Notes under the pieces: model-generated
What the model saw: only the letters and a program-made list of their open reading frames with translations
Told to the model about the DNA's origin: nothing
Database searches by the model: none
Translations under genes and position numbers: made by a program
Shown: positions 51,601 to 60,217 of the stretch, one piece after another
How the letters are laid out: each line of letters begins with the position of its first letter
Position numbering within the stretch: position 1 is the first letter of the stretch
NCBI GenBank assembly: GCA_965224705.1
Contig: OZ245056.1
Span: forward strand, 256,001 to 320,000
DNA length: 64,000 nt
Reading direction: 5' to 3'
Source: Spirochaetaceae bacterium
Lineage (GTDB): Bacteria; Spirochaetota; Spirochaetia; DSM-2461

Positions 51601-51793
51601 CCAGGCTGTCGATCGAGCTCATCGCATGGGGCAGCAGCGTCCGGTAACGGCCTATAAATTTATTGCGTCAGGAACTATAGAGGAAAAAGTTCTGGATTTG
51701 CAGGAGAGAAAAAAAGATCTTGTTTCCGGTATTCTTGACAATGAGGGCATGCCTCAATTGACAGAAGATGATATTCTTAATCTGTTCTTGTAG
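48698..51793 (+). CDS. SWIM zinc-finger SNF2-family helicase
   Basis: CDC...CVH SWIM motif, [43 protein letters not shown]; start uncertain. Confidence 0.92.
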   Translation: [1031 protein letters not shown]

Positions 51794-51919
51794 TGGGTGT
51801 CTGGTGTAAGAAGCACTGAGAACGTGAATTCTTTAAAATATCGGCTCATTGCATTACAGCACTCTTGACGATAATTCCAGGATCTGTGAGTATAGACCGC
51901 TCACGAAGAGGTTTTTGCC

Positions 51920-52357
51920 ATGAGAACAATTTATGTAAAACCAGAAAATGCCGACCGTCAGTGGTATGTCATTGATGCGGCTGGAAAACCGTTGGGACGA
52001 GTCGCCGTGAAAGCCGCGTCAGTTGCCCGGGGTAAGAACAAGCCCTGTTATGTTCCATTCCATGAGGTGGGCGATTATGTGATAATCGTCAATGCTGACA
52101 AGGCTCATTTAACAGGTAAGAAAAAACAGGATAAACTGTATTATAGACATTCCGGCTATATTGGCGGATTGAAGGTGGAGAATTATAATAAGCTTGTCAC
52201 TCGTAAACCCACCGCCCCCATGGAAAAAGCTGTTCGGGGCATGCTGCCCCGGGGACCATTGGGGAATAAGCTCTACCGGAATATAAAGATCTATGCTGGG
52301 AAATCCCATCCCCATAGTGCGCAGCAACCCGAAGTACTGGAACTACAGGAGAAGTAA
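51920..52357 (+). CDS. rplM: 50S ribosomal protein L13
   Basis: WYVIDA, LGR, GDYVII.NA, HSGYIGG, AVRGMLP, HPHSAQQP. Confidence 0.98.
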   Translation: MRTIYVKPENADRQWYVIDAAGKPLGRVAVKAASVARGKNKPCYVPFHEVGDYVIIVNADKAHLTGKKKQDKLYYRHSGYIGGLKVENYNKLVTRKPTAPMEKAVRGMLPRGPLGNKLYRNIKIYAGKSHPHSAQQPEVLELQEK

Positions 52358-52750
52358 GTGGTTAAGATTTTGTCGCGTGGAACGGGTCGGAGAAAAACTT
52401 CCATCGCCCGTGTTTATATCCGGGAAGGTGCACCGGGGATCGTGGTTAACGGACGCACCCTGGAGGATTATTTCAACATTGCATCCATCCGGGATACTGT
52501 AAAGCAGCCACTGGCAGTCACTGCAAATGATGGGAAACTAAACATTCTGGTCAACGTTGGGGGCGGTGGTATTAATGGACAGGCTGGAGCAATCCGGCAT
52601 GGCCTTGCCCGTGCGTTGATTGAGCTTGATGAAAAGAATCGCCCTTCCCTGAAGGCCAATGGCTACCTTACCCGGGATCCCCGTATGGTTGAACGGAAAA
52701 AATATGGACGACCGGGAGCAAGGAAGAAATTCCAATTCTCGAAGCGCTAA
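52358..52750 (+). CDS. rpsI: 30S ribosomal protein S9
   Basis: GTGRRKTSIARV, GQAGAIRHG, TRDPRMVERKKYG, QFSKR. Confidence 0.98.
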   Translation: MVKILSRGTGRRKTSIARVYIREGAPGIVVNGRTLEDYFNIASIRDTVKQPLAVTANDGKLNILVNVGGGGINGQAGAIRHGLARALIELDEKNRPSLKANGYLTRDPRMVERKKYGRPGARKKFQFSKR

Positions 52751-52801
52751 CAGTCCATGGATTTTAAGGATTCAAGGCGATTTTGATGATTTTTTCCTGA
52801 T
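52751..52801. repeat. Partial, degenerate MITE copy
   Basis: CAGTCCATGGATTTTAAGGATTCAAGGCGATTTTGATGATTTTTTCCTGAT directly after CTAA, which contains the rpsI stop. Confidence 0.8.
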
Positions 52802-52831
52802 AAACCCTGGAAGGTAACACTCCAATAGAAT

Positions 52832-54043
52832 ATGCTTAAATTCCGTTCCATAATTCATGCAATCATCATTGTCCTGATGAATGTGATTGCAAAACTGCCA
52901 TTGGCATTTATAATGCTTGTTTTTCTCAACGTGCGGTATAAGAATCTTCGTGAGTTGTTCTCTACGCGGGGTCCCTTTCTTGTTTTACCCAATCATACAA
53001 ACCAATGGGATCCTTTCATCCTTTCATTCATTGTACCCAAACCCATCCACTGGGTGGCTTCCGATGGTGCATTTCGGGATACTATATTGAAACCCTTCAT
53101 GCTTCTTGGCGGTGCCATCCCCAAGATCAAGGAGCAGTCTGATCTGGCAACACTCCATGGGGTTAAAAAAGCCACTGCCATGAAGCATACCACCGGCATC
53201 TTCCCTGAAGGTGAGCAGACCTGGGATGGACGATCCATACAATTGATACCGGCAACGGCCAAACTAATACGGCATCTCAAATTACCAGTTCTTGTTCCTC
53301 TTATAAAAGGGGGGTATCTTACCAAACCGCGCTGGGCATGGGGAATTCGGCGATGCCGGATTGAAGTCCATTTCAAACGTCTCATCAATTCCGATGAAAT
53401 CAAAACGATGAAGCTGTCTGAGATCAAACAACGGCTGGATGATGCACTTTTTCAGGATGATTACGAATGGCAGAAGAAAACATTAGCCCCAATTAAAGGG
53501 AATCGACGAGCTGAACACCTGGAACTGGCATTGTACACCTGCCCTGGATGTGAAAGAATTGGAACTCTTACTTCAAAAAATAATGATTTAAAATGTCAGT
53601 GCGGCTATGAAGTTCATATTGACAGCTATGGTTTTTTCAATTTTCCCGCCGAAGGACCGACATTCAATGCTCCCAATGATTGGATGAAATGGCAGAATAA
53701 GCTGCTGATTTCCAGGATCCAGAGAACTATAGAGTCAGCAAATAATGACTCCGATCCTGTTCTTATGAGGGATTCAAGTATTTCTCTGATGAAATCCAGG
53801 CGGGCCATGCCCATGCAGTCCATTCATCACGGAGAAGCTCGATTATATGAAAATCGTATAGAAGTTGGTGAAATTGGAAGCCGGATCGAAACCTTTCCCC
53901 TGAAGGAAATCTCCGCAGTAACCACATTCAAGCAGCAGAAATTTGAGTTCCGATTCAAACAGAACCAGTATCGATTTGCCATGCCGACCCGGAATATATC
54001 GGGGTATAAGTGGGAGATCGCCGTGAAGGGGCTGTGTCAGTAA
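52832..54043 (+). CDS. Lysophospholipid acyltransferase (PlsC family) with a C-terminal Cys-rich extension
   Basis: NHTNQWD (HX4D), IFPEG; CPGC...CQCG. Confidence 0.85.
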   Translation: MLKFRSIIHAIIIVLMNVIAKLPLAFIMLVFLNVRYKNLRELFSTRGPFLVLPNHTNQWDPFILSFIVPKPIHWVASDGAFRDTILKPFMLLGGAIPKIKEQSDLATLHGVKKATAMKHTTGIFPEGEQTWDGRSIQLIPATAKLIRHLKLPVLVPLIKGGYLTKPRWAWGIRRCRIEVHFKRLINSDEIKTMKLSEIKQRLDDALFQDDYEWQKKTLAPIKGNRRAEHLELALYTCPGCERIGTLTSKNNDLKCQCGYEVHIDSYGFFNFPAEGPTFNAPNDWMKWQNKLLISRIQRTIESANNDSDPVLMRDSSISLMKSRRAMPMQSIHHGEARLYENRIEVGEIGSRIETFPLKEISAVTTFKQQKFEFRFKQNQYRFAMPTRNISGYKWEIAVKGLCQ

Positions 54044-54147
54044 GAACTCTGCTCAAGGATGGTTATTTCTTACCGAGTGTCCGGAAGCAAGTTAAAACTG
54101 AGGTATCTCGTTACGGTGTGGGATTACTGCACAATCATTTTACCTGG

Positions 54148-54165
54148 GAGTCTGTCGGACTTAAG
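54148..54165. repeat. Isolated MITE end
   Basis: GAGTCTGTCGGACTTAAG preceded by CTGG. Confidence 0.7.
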
Positions 54166-54307
54166 TGGAATGAGACCTCTACAAGCTTTCTGACACTCTG
54201 TATTTCCTACAGTTTGCGATTGAAATCCAATGAATACAAATCCGAAATGAGGAAAAACGTATTGAGAAATGTTCTGTAAGCACTTATTGTGGTTAATGGA
54301 GGAACAA

Positions 54308-55072
54308 ATGACTGAATCAAACACTCGGAGCCTGTCGGACTTACGCCTCACGGCTCGATTTTTGCCCTTTTTCCCTGCTACTGCGTTGCCAAAATACTCA
54401 CGCAGCCCAGCTGCGCTCCGTTTTTGTCGCCTGGCATCAGGAAAAAATCATCAAAAATCGCCTCGAAGTCTTAAAGTCCGACAGACTCTTCGGATGCTGA
54501 GTCTCATCACGAGTATTCTAATTTCCCCCGTCCTGTTTTCCAGTTGTGGATACAATCGTATGGTAACCCTGGAAGAAGGGGTGAACTCTGCCTGGGCACA
54601 GGTGGAAAATGTTTATCAAAGACGGATGGATCTTATACCCAATCTGGTGGCAACCGTGAAGGGTTATGCCGCTCATGAAGAGGACACACTCACCGCACTC
54701 ACAGAGGCCCGCAGCCGGGCTGGAGGAGTGATGAACATCGATGAAAACCTCCTCAACAACCCTGAAGCCTTCGCTCGTTTCCAACAGGCACAGAGTGGTC
54801 TGGGAGCCGCCCTTCAACGCTTACTCATGGTTACTGAAAATTACCCCGACCTCAAAGCAAATCAAAACTTTCTGGCCTTGCAGAATCAACTGGAGGGGAC
54901 GGAAAATCGTATTACAGTCGAGCGCAGACGCTTCAACGATGCAGTTCGCAGCTATAACACTGTTATTCGCCGATTCCCCCAGATGCTGATGGCTCGTTTA
55001 GCTGGTTTTGAAGCTAAGCCTTATTACGAATCAACAGAAGGAGCCGAAACGGTTCCTGTGGTGGAGTTCTAA
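54308..55072 (+). CDS. lemA: LemA family lipoprotein with an in-frame MITE in its N-terminus
   Basis: GGAGG RBS before ATG 54308; SSCGYN, AWAQVENVYQRRMDLIPNL, ENYPDLKA, LEGTENRI. Confidence 0.92.
   Translation: MTESNTRSLSDLRLTARFLPFFPATALPKYSRSPAALRFCRLASGKNHQKSPRSLKVRQTLRMLSLITSILISPVLFSSCGYNRMVTLEEGVNSAWAQVENVYQRRMDLIPNLVATVKGYAAHEEDTLTALTEARSRAGGVMNIDENLLNNPEAFARFQQAQSGLGAALQRLLMVTENYPDLKANQNFLALQNQLEGTENRITVERRRFNDAVRSYNTVIRRFPQMLMARLAGFEAKPYYESTEGAETVPVVEF
54328..54488. mobile_element. Full-length 161-bp MITE
   Basis: Terminal inverted repeats GAGCCTGTCGGACTT / AAGTCCGACAGACTC (14 of 15 match); flanks CTCG/TTCG; five related fragments elsewhere in the window. Confidence 0.88.
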
Positions 55073-55073
55073 T

Positions 55074-55748
55074 ATGGCTCTGCTGACCCCTGAGGGAAAA
55101 AATCGTATCAGTAAGGCCATTGCAGAAGCGGAGAAAAACACTGGCGGGGAAATTGTTGTGGCCATTATTCCTGAAAGCGATAACTATATGGCACGGGAGT
55201 TAACCTTTGGAATTGCCTGTGGACTCATTACCAACATTCTGTTGATTGTGAATCTGGAGCGATTTGCCCAACTTGCTGAAGGTTTTTTCTGGATAGATTT
55301 CCCGGCGTTTGTTCCTCTATCGATGATGGCCCTGATCCTGTTTGCTGGAGCTCTCGCCTATGCATTGGCCCAGGTTCCCGCTGTAGACAGGATACTGGTT
55401 GGTAAACGCGCTATGGCCGAAGCGGTTCGCCACCGGGCCATGAGGCATTTTGTTGAAAGTGCTGTTTATGATACAGTTGACAGAACAGGTGTTCTTCTTT
55501 TCATCTCAGTTCTGGAACGTCGAGTCGAACTTATTGCCGACAAAGGCATCAATGCGAAGGTTGAATCGACAGCATGGGAGGGTATTGTTTCCTTGCTGGT
55601 GAGAGGCATCAGGAATAACAACACTTCTGCCTCCATTGAGGCGGCTGTCAGAAGCATTGGAGAGATTCTCGCCGAACACGTCCCTCCCAGGCCTGAGGAT
55701 ATCAACGAGATTTCCGATTCCCCAACAGAACTTGGGAAAGGATCATGA
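55074..55748 (+). CDS. TPM-domain membrane protein
   Basis: AIAEAEKNTGGEIVV, RTGVLLFIS..ERRVELIADKGI, NEISD; in the lemA operon. Confidence 0.85.
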   Translation: MALLTPEGKNRISKAIAEAEKNTGGEIVVAIIPESDNYMARELTFGIACGLITNILLIVNLERFAQLAEGFFWIDFPAFVPLSMMALILFAGALAYALAQVPAVDRILVGKRAMAEAVRHRAMRHFVESAVYDTVDRTGVLLFISVLERRVELIADKGINAKVESTAWEGIVSLLVRGIRNNNTSASIEAAVRSIGEILAEHVPPRPEDINEISDSPTELGKGS

Positions 55749-56542
55749 GAATGCGGACTATACAAGGAACCATTTCTCGATTTTCTTTGATTTTTGGATT
55801 GATTTCAATCATATCAGGATACACCGCAGCTTTGGAGGTGCCCCCTCTCACCGGACGTGTTAATGATGAAGCAAAACTTCTCTCATCGGCGACTGTAACC
55901 CGGATGGAATCATATTTATCCGCTGTGGAACAAACCGGCAATGCTCAGATTGCTTTGCTCACCATCTCTTCTCTGGAAGGAGACTCACTGGAAGCGTATT
56001 CCATCAGAGTTGTGGAGAAATGGAGGCTGGGACAGTCTGGTAAGGATAATGGCGTGCTGTTTCTGGTGGCTGTGGCGGAGAAAAAAATTCGCATTGAGGT
56101 GGGTTATGGTCTGGAAGGAGTACTCACCGATGCTGTAAGCGGCTACATCATCCGCACGGTCATTGTCCCTGAGTTCCAGAAGGGTCAGTTTGATGCTGGA
56201 ATCATCAAGGGCATACAGGCTGTCGGCGGCGTTGTTACCGGGGAAACACCGATTTCTCAGAATCAAATCAGGAAATCCGGTTCAGGGAAGAACAGTGGTT
56301 CTTCCTCATTGTTTTTCCTCATCTTTCTAATCATTTTCCTGCTTACAAGAATGGGCGGCTACAGACACCATCGCCAACGGGGGATGTCTCATGGCACGGC
56401 ATTCATGATGGGACTGTTTTCCGGCAGCTTGATGCGTCACCGGGGGAGCGGTTTCTCCGGAGACAGCGGAGGTTTCGGCGGCGGGGGTTTTTCCGGAGGA
56501 GGCGGCGGTTTCGGCGGCGGCGGTGCCAGCGGAGGCTGGTAG
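55745..56542 (+). CDS. TPM-domain protein (YgcG-like) with a Gly-rich tail
   Basis: VNDEAKLL, KDNGVL, RIEVGYGLEG, GGGGFGGGGASGGW. Confidence 0.9.
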   Translation: MRMRTIQGTISRFSLIFGLISIISGYTAALEVPPLTGRVNDEAKLLSSATVTRMESYLSAVEQTGNAQIALLTISSLEGDSLEAYSIRVVEKWRLGQSGKDNGVLFLVAVAEKKIRIEVGYGLEGVLTDAVSGYIIRTVIVPEFQKGQFDAGIIKGIQAVGGVVTGETPISQNQIRKSGSGKNSGSSSLFFLIFLIIFLLTRMGGYRHHRQRGMSHGTAFMMGLFSGSLMRHRGSGFSGDSGGFGGGGFSGGGGGFGGGGASGGW

Positions 56543-56583
56543 CTGGAGGACTGGCAGGATGAATTCATGAGGAAAAAGGTCAA

Positions 56584-57288
56584 TTGAGTCTTATTGTATT
56601 TTCTGGAGCTGGTTTATCCGCTGAAAGCGGCATAAAGACTTTTCGTGATGCCGATGGTCTCTGGGAGAATTACCGCATAGAAGATGTTGCAACACCCGAA
56701 GGATTCAAACGAAACCCTGAGGCTGTTCACTCGTTCTACAACCTGCGGCGAAGGGAGCTGAAAAATGTCAGGCCCGACCAGGCCCATGAAGCCATTGCCA
56801 GACTGCAGCAGGATTACAGGGGTAAGGTTGTTATTATAACACAGAACATTGATAACCTGCTTGAACGTGCAGGCTGTACGGAAGTTCTTCATATGCATGG
56901 TGAATTGAACAGATGCCGCTGTATTTATTGTGGTGAGGAGATGGAATGGCTGGAGGATACCAGTACTTCACTGGATTGTCCAATCTGTGGTCAAAATGGC
57001 CAATGGGGATCACTTCGTCCTGCTGTGGTGTGGTTCAATGAATTACCCCTCCATCAACTCCGTATCGAGGAAGAATTACCAGGAGCGGATATTTTTCTTT
57101 CCATTGGTACATCGGGCACAGTCTATCCTGCGGCCGGTTTATCTGGAATTGCCAGATCGTATGGGGCAGACACTATTTGTTTCAACCTGGAGAAACCTGA
57201 GAATTTCTTCGATTTCGATCAATTCATTCTGGGGCCGGCCGGGGAAACTCTTCCCTCCTGGGTGGATCAATTCTTAATGAAGCAATAA
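56584..57288 (+). CDS. cobB: NAD-dependent protein deacylase (sirtuin)
   Basis: GAGLSAESGIKTFR, ITQNID, HMHG, CxxC...CxxC, GTSGTVYPAA. Confidence 0.93.
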   Translation: MSLIVFSGAGLSAESGIKTFRDADGLWENYRIEDVATPEGFKRNPEAVHSFYNLRRRELKNVRPDQAHEAIARLQQDYRGKVVIITQNIDNLLERAGCTEVLHMHGELNRCRCIYCGEEMEWLEDTSTSLDCPICGQNGQWGSLRPAVVWFNELPLHQLRIEEELPGADIFLSIGTSGTVYPAAGLSGIARSYGADTICFNLEKPENFFDFDQFILGPAGETLPSWVDQFLMKQ

Positions 57289-57364
57289 CCGGAGGACCTC
57301 GAAACACCCAATTCGGTTTTGATTTAATTTCTTCCGCAAGCTGTTATTCAAGAGACTACACTCC

Positions 57365-57399
57365 TCAGACCCCGCCTCAAGAATTGACGCGGGATCTGA
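57365..57399. terminator. Hairpin between the convergent cobB and rpsD
   Basis: Imperfect stem TCAGACCCCGC / GCGGGATCTGA. Confidence 0.45.
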
Positions 57400-57431
57400 A
57401 CTGGCAGTGGAAATCTGTCAGAGAAGCTGCT

Positions 57432-58049
57432 CTACTTTGAGTAAAACTCTACCACCATTTGTTCATTAACGGCTGTGGGGATATCCGTTCTGTATGGAAG
57501 CCGTTCTACTTTACCTTTCAGGGAGTCCCCATCCAGGGACAGCCAGACAGGTGTTACCTGATTCGAGTGGGCAAGGCATTCCCTGATCAGTTTTTTATTG
57601 CTTTCATTATCCCGAATTTCAATAGAATCGCCTTCACGGACCTGTATGGAAGGGATATTGGATCGCTTCCCATTCAGCCTGATATGACCATGACTGACGA
57701 ACTGACGGGCTTGAGCCCGAGTTGCAGCCATGCCAAGCCGGTATACGACATTGTCCAACCGCCGCTCGAGAAGAATCATCATGTTATCACCGGTGAGACC
57801 GCTTAACTTCTTCGCCTTGACAAAGGTATTGAAGAACTGTTTCTCACTCAACCCGTACGAGAATCGAAGCTTCTGCTTCTCCAGAAGTTGGCGCCCATAG
57901 TCACTTATCTTGCTGCGACTGCGTACACCCCTTTCCTGACCCGGTTTCTGAGGTTTCTTCTTAAGCAATCTATCATATTTACTGTTACCGTAAATATTGA
58001 CACCGAGACGGCGGACGATTTTCCCACGTGATTTTGTGTTTTTCGCCAT
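57432..58049 (-). CDS. rpsD: 30S ribosomal protein S4
   Basis: SDYGRQLLEKQK, LERRLDNVVYRLG, ARQFVSHGH, VVEFYSK. Confidence 0.98.
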   Translation of the reverse strand: MAKNTKSRGKIVRRLGVNIYGNSKYDRLLKKKPQKPGQERGVRSRSKISDYGRQLLEKQKLRFSYGLSEKQFFNTFVKAKKLSGLTGDNMMILLERRLDNVVYRLGMAATRAQARQFVSHGHIRLNGKRSNIPSIQVREGDSIEIRDNESNKKLIRECLAHSNQVTPVWLSLDGDSLKGKVERLPYRTDIPTAVNEQMVVEFYSK

Positions 58050-58199
58050 TGCTTTCTCCTAAAATTTTGTTGTAATGCATCGGTCAATGAATTCAACCGC
58101 AGGCAGAGGAGTTCTTGAAGAGCAGAACTGCCGTCAGCATTTCAGATTTCCAGCTGTACAGATTCGGTTGAAATCAATAATGATACAGGTACTTTCCAG

Positions 58200-58228
58200 A
58201 ATATATGCTAAGAAAAGAACTTGGTCAA
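58200..58228 (-). promoter_or_regulatory. Sigma-70 promoter of rpsD
   Basis: Minus strand TTGACC-N17-TATATT. Confidence 0.65.
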
Positions 58229-58275
58229 CAGGTATGAATATCTTATCATATCATAAGATGATATAGAGATTCTAT

Positions 58276-58541
58276 ATGGTGCTGCATACAGCAGTATTGC
58301 GTCTCAAAAACATGGACGATCTGGCTATTGCAAAAAACAGTTGGAAAGTTTGAGGGGAAAAGTGCCGAATATACTGAGTATAGATGTGGATGTCTATGAC
58401 AATGACTTCTGTCTGTTCACCAGGCATGCAGATACCGATGCCTTTGAGACCTGCCAGAATGACGCCTGTCACATCAGGGTCAAAGAGGTCCCTGGCCAAT
58501 TGGAATGTGAACGCAAAGGTGTTGATTTTCAGTCTGTTTAA
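58276..58541 (+). pseudogene. Frameshifted Dabb (stress-responsive A/B barrel) family gene
   Basis: MVLHTAVLRLK...AIAK, then a frameshift in the A6 run at 58332-58337, then LESLRGKVPNI...DFCL...H.RVKE...VDF. Confidence 0.65.
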
Positions 58542-58595
58542 AGAGATGCTGAAGAAAGAAATGGTTATGCTCACAAGAAGAAACTGAGAAGTTCT

Positions 58596-59828
58596 ATGAA
58601 AAAACAGGATCGTTTAAATCGAATACTTCACATTGACAGCGAATTGGATCAGGTAAAGGATCTTGACCTGCTCCTTGAGCGTTTATTGTTTCTTGCCAGG
58701 AGAGAAGCTCGGGCAGATGCAGGGACTGTATATATCAATGTCAATGGAAAACTGGCCTTTTCCCACACTCAAAATGATACTTTACAGAAAAAACTCAAAC
58801 CCAATGAAAAGCTTCCCTATAACTATTATGTTATCCCAATAAACGACGAATCCATTGCGGGTTTTGTTGCCAATAATGAAGTTTGTCTCAATATTCCTGA
58901 TATGTACTGCATCAGCAAATCGAAACCGTACCATTTCAATCCATCCTTTGATGAGAAGACAGGATATAGAACTGTTTCCAGTTTAACATTCCCCCTTCTT
59001 TCCAGCGATGATGAGTTGCTGGGCGTTATGCAGCTGATAAATGCACGATCGGCCAATGGTAAATCCGTCTCATTCAAGAATAAAGATATTCCCTTCTTTG
59101 AGGTATTTGCCCGATTTGGTGCAAAATCTATTCAGCGGGCAAAGATGACTCGAGCTCTTCTGGAAACAATATCCAGGTTTGCAGGTTTGCGGGATCCCGT
59201 AGAAACGAATACACATGTGCATAGAGTGGGAATGTATTCCATGGAATTATATGAAGCCTGGGCCTTCAAGAATAATATTGATCCAGTTGAAAGGGAAAAG
59301 AACAGGGATATGCTGCGTATGGTCGCCATGCTTCATGATGTGGGCAAGGTGGGAATCAGTGATATCATCCTTAAGAAGCCCGGTTCATTGGACGATCGTG
59401 AATACCGGATCATGCAGTCCCACACATGGATAGGTGCCCGACAGTTTTTAGAAGACTCAGATTTGAACATCCATGCACGGGATGTTGTCCTGCACCATCA
59501 TGAGAACTGGGACGGTTCTGGTTATCCTGGTAGAATTGAAGATCTGGATGAGGCGGATAAATACATTGTGGAAGGTCTTCCTCAGGGACTCAGGGGACGT
59601 GAAATCCCCCTGTTCGCTCGAATTGTTGCCATATCAGATGTCTTTGATGCTTTGAGTTCTAAACGGGTTTACAAGGACGCATGGAGTGAGGATGATATAA
59701 TACTGGAGCTGAAAAAAGAATCAAATCGTAAGTTTGATCCTGAACTTGTCGAACTGTTTCTTTCCATCTTCTCAACGATCAAAAACATCAGAAATCGTTA
59801 TTCAACACAGATGAATCCCCATCTGTAG
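58596..59828 (+). CDS. GAF plus HD-GYP domain cyclic-dinucleotide phosphodiesterase
   Basis: GAF (SIAGFVA, FDEKTGYRT, GVMQLIN); LHDVGKVG, HHENWDGSGYP, ARIVAISDVFDAL. Confidence 0.92.
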   Translation: MKKQDRLNRILHIDSELDQVKDLDLLLERLLFLARREARADAGTVYINVNGKLAFSHTQNDTLQKKLKPNEKLPYNYYVIPINDESIAGFVANNEVCLNIPDMYCISKSKPYHFNPSFDEKTGYRTVSSLTFPLLSSDDELLGVMQLINARSANGKSVSFKNKDIPFFEVFARFGAKSIQRAKMTRALLETISRFAGLRDPVETNTHVHRVGMYSMELYEAWAFKNNIDPVEREKNRDMLRMVAMLHDVGKVGISDIILKKPGSLDDREYRIMQSHTWIGARQFLEDSDLNIHARDVVLHHHENWDGSGYPGRIEDLDEADKYIVEGLPQGLRGREIPLFARIVAISDVFDALSSKRVYKDAWSEDDIILELKKESNRKFDPELVELFLSIFSTIKNIRNRYSTQMNPHL

Positions 59829-60217
59829 AGTAAGGTGTTGTTGAATTTCCTCTGACACCACCTGTGATATACAGTTCATTGTTCCGTGCTGTTCCTGTCA
59901 ATTCCATCCTGCACGAGTCTCATGGTTTCCTCAAATGACGGCGATATTACTTTGTACTGGACATTCTTGTAAAAATGGATTGAATTCTCTCTTGTACATT
60001 TTGTTCAGATTAATTATGATGGAATAGTTATTAATACCTTCAGTGCGTATCAATGTCTCAGGAAATGAGAATCATGATAGTACAATATCTACAGGAAATA
60101 ATTTTCGATATTCGGAGTTGAGTCCTTCCAGATTTATGGTATTATACAAATACGGTAAACTGTTTGAGAAAAACAACAGGACTTGAACAGTGCCATAAAA
60201 AAAATACGGAGGAACGT

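Noticed and set aside
2429..54488. Recurring palindromic sequence as a CRISPR or integron array
   Set aside because: Copies are dispersed rather than regularly spaced, and no cas or integrase genes are present
56440..56542. GGC-rich low-complexity repeat
   Set aside because: Normal Gly-rich tail of TPM/YgcG proteins
59829..60217. Long AT-rich intergenic region before the TRAP operon
   Set aside because: No convincing RNA structure, repeat or ORF found by eye; probably a plain promoter region
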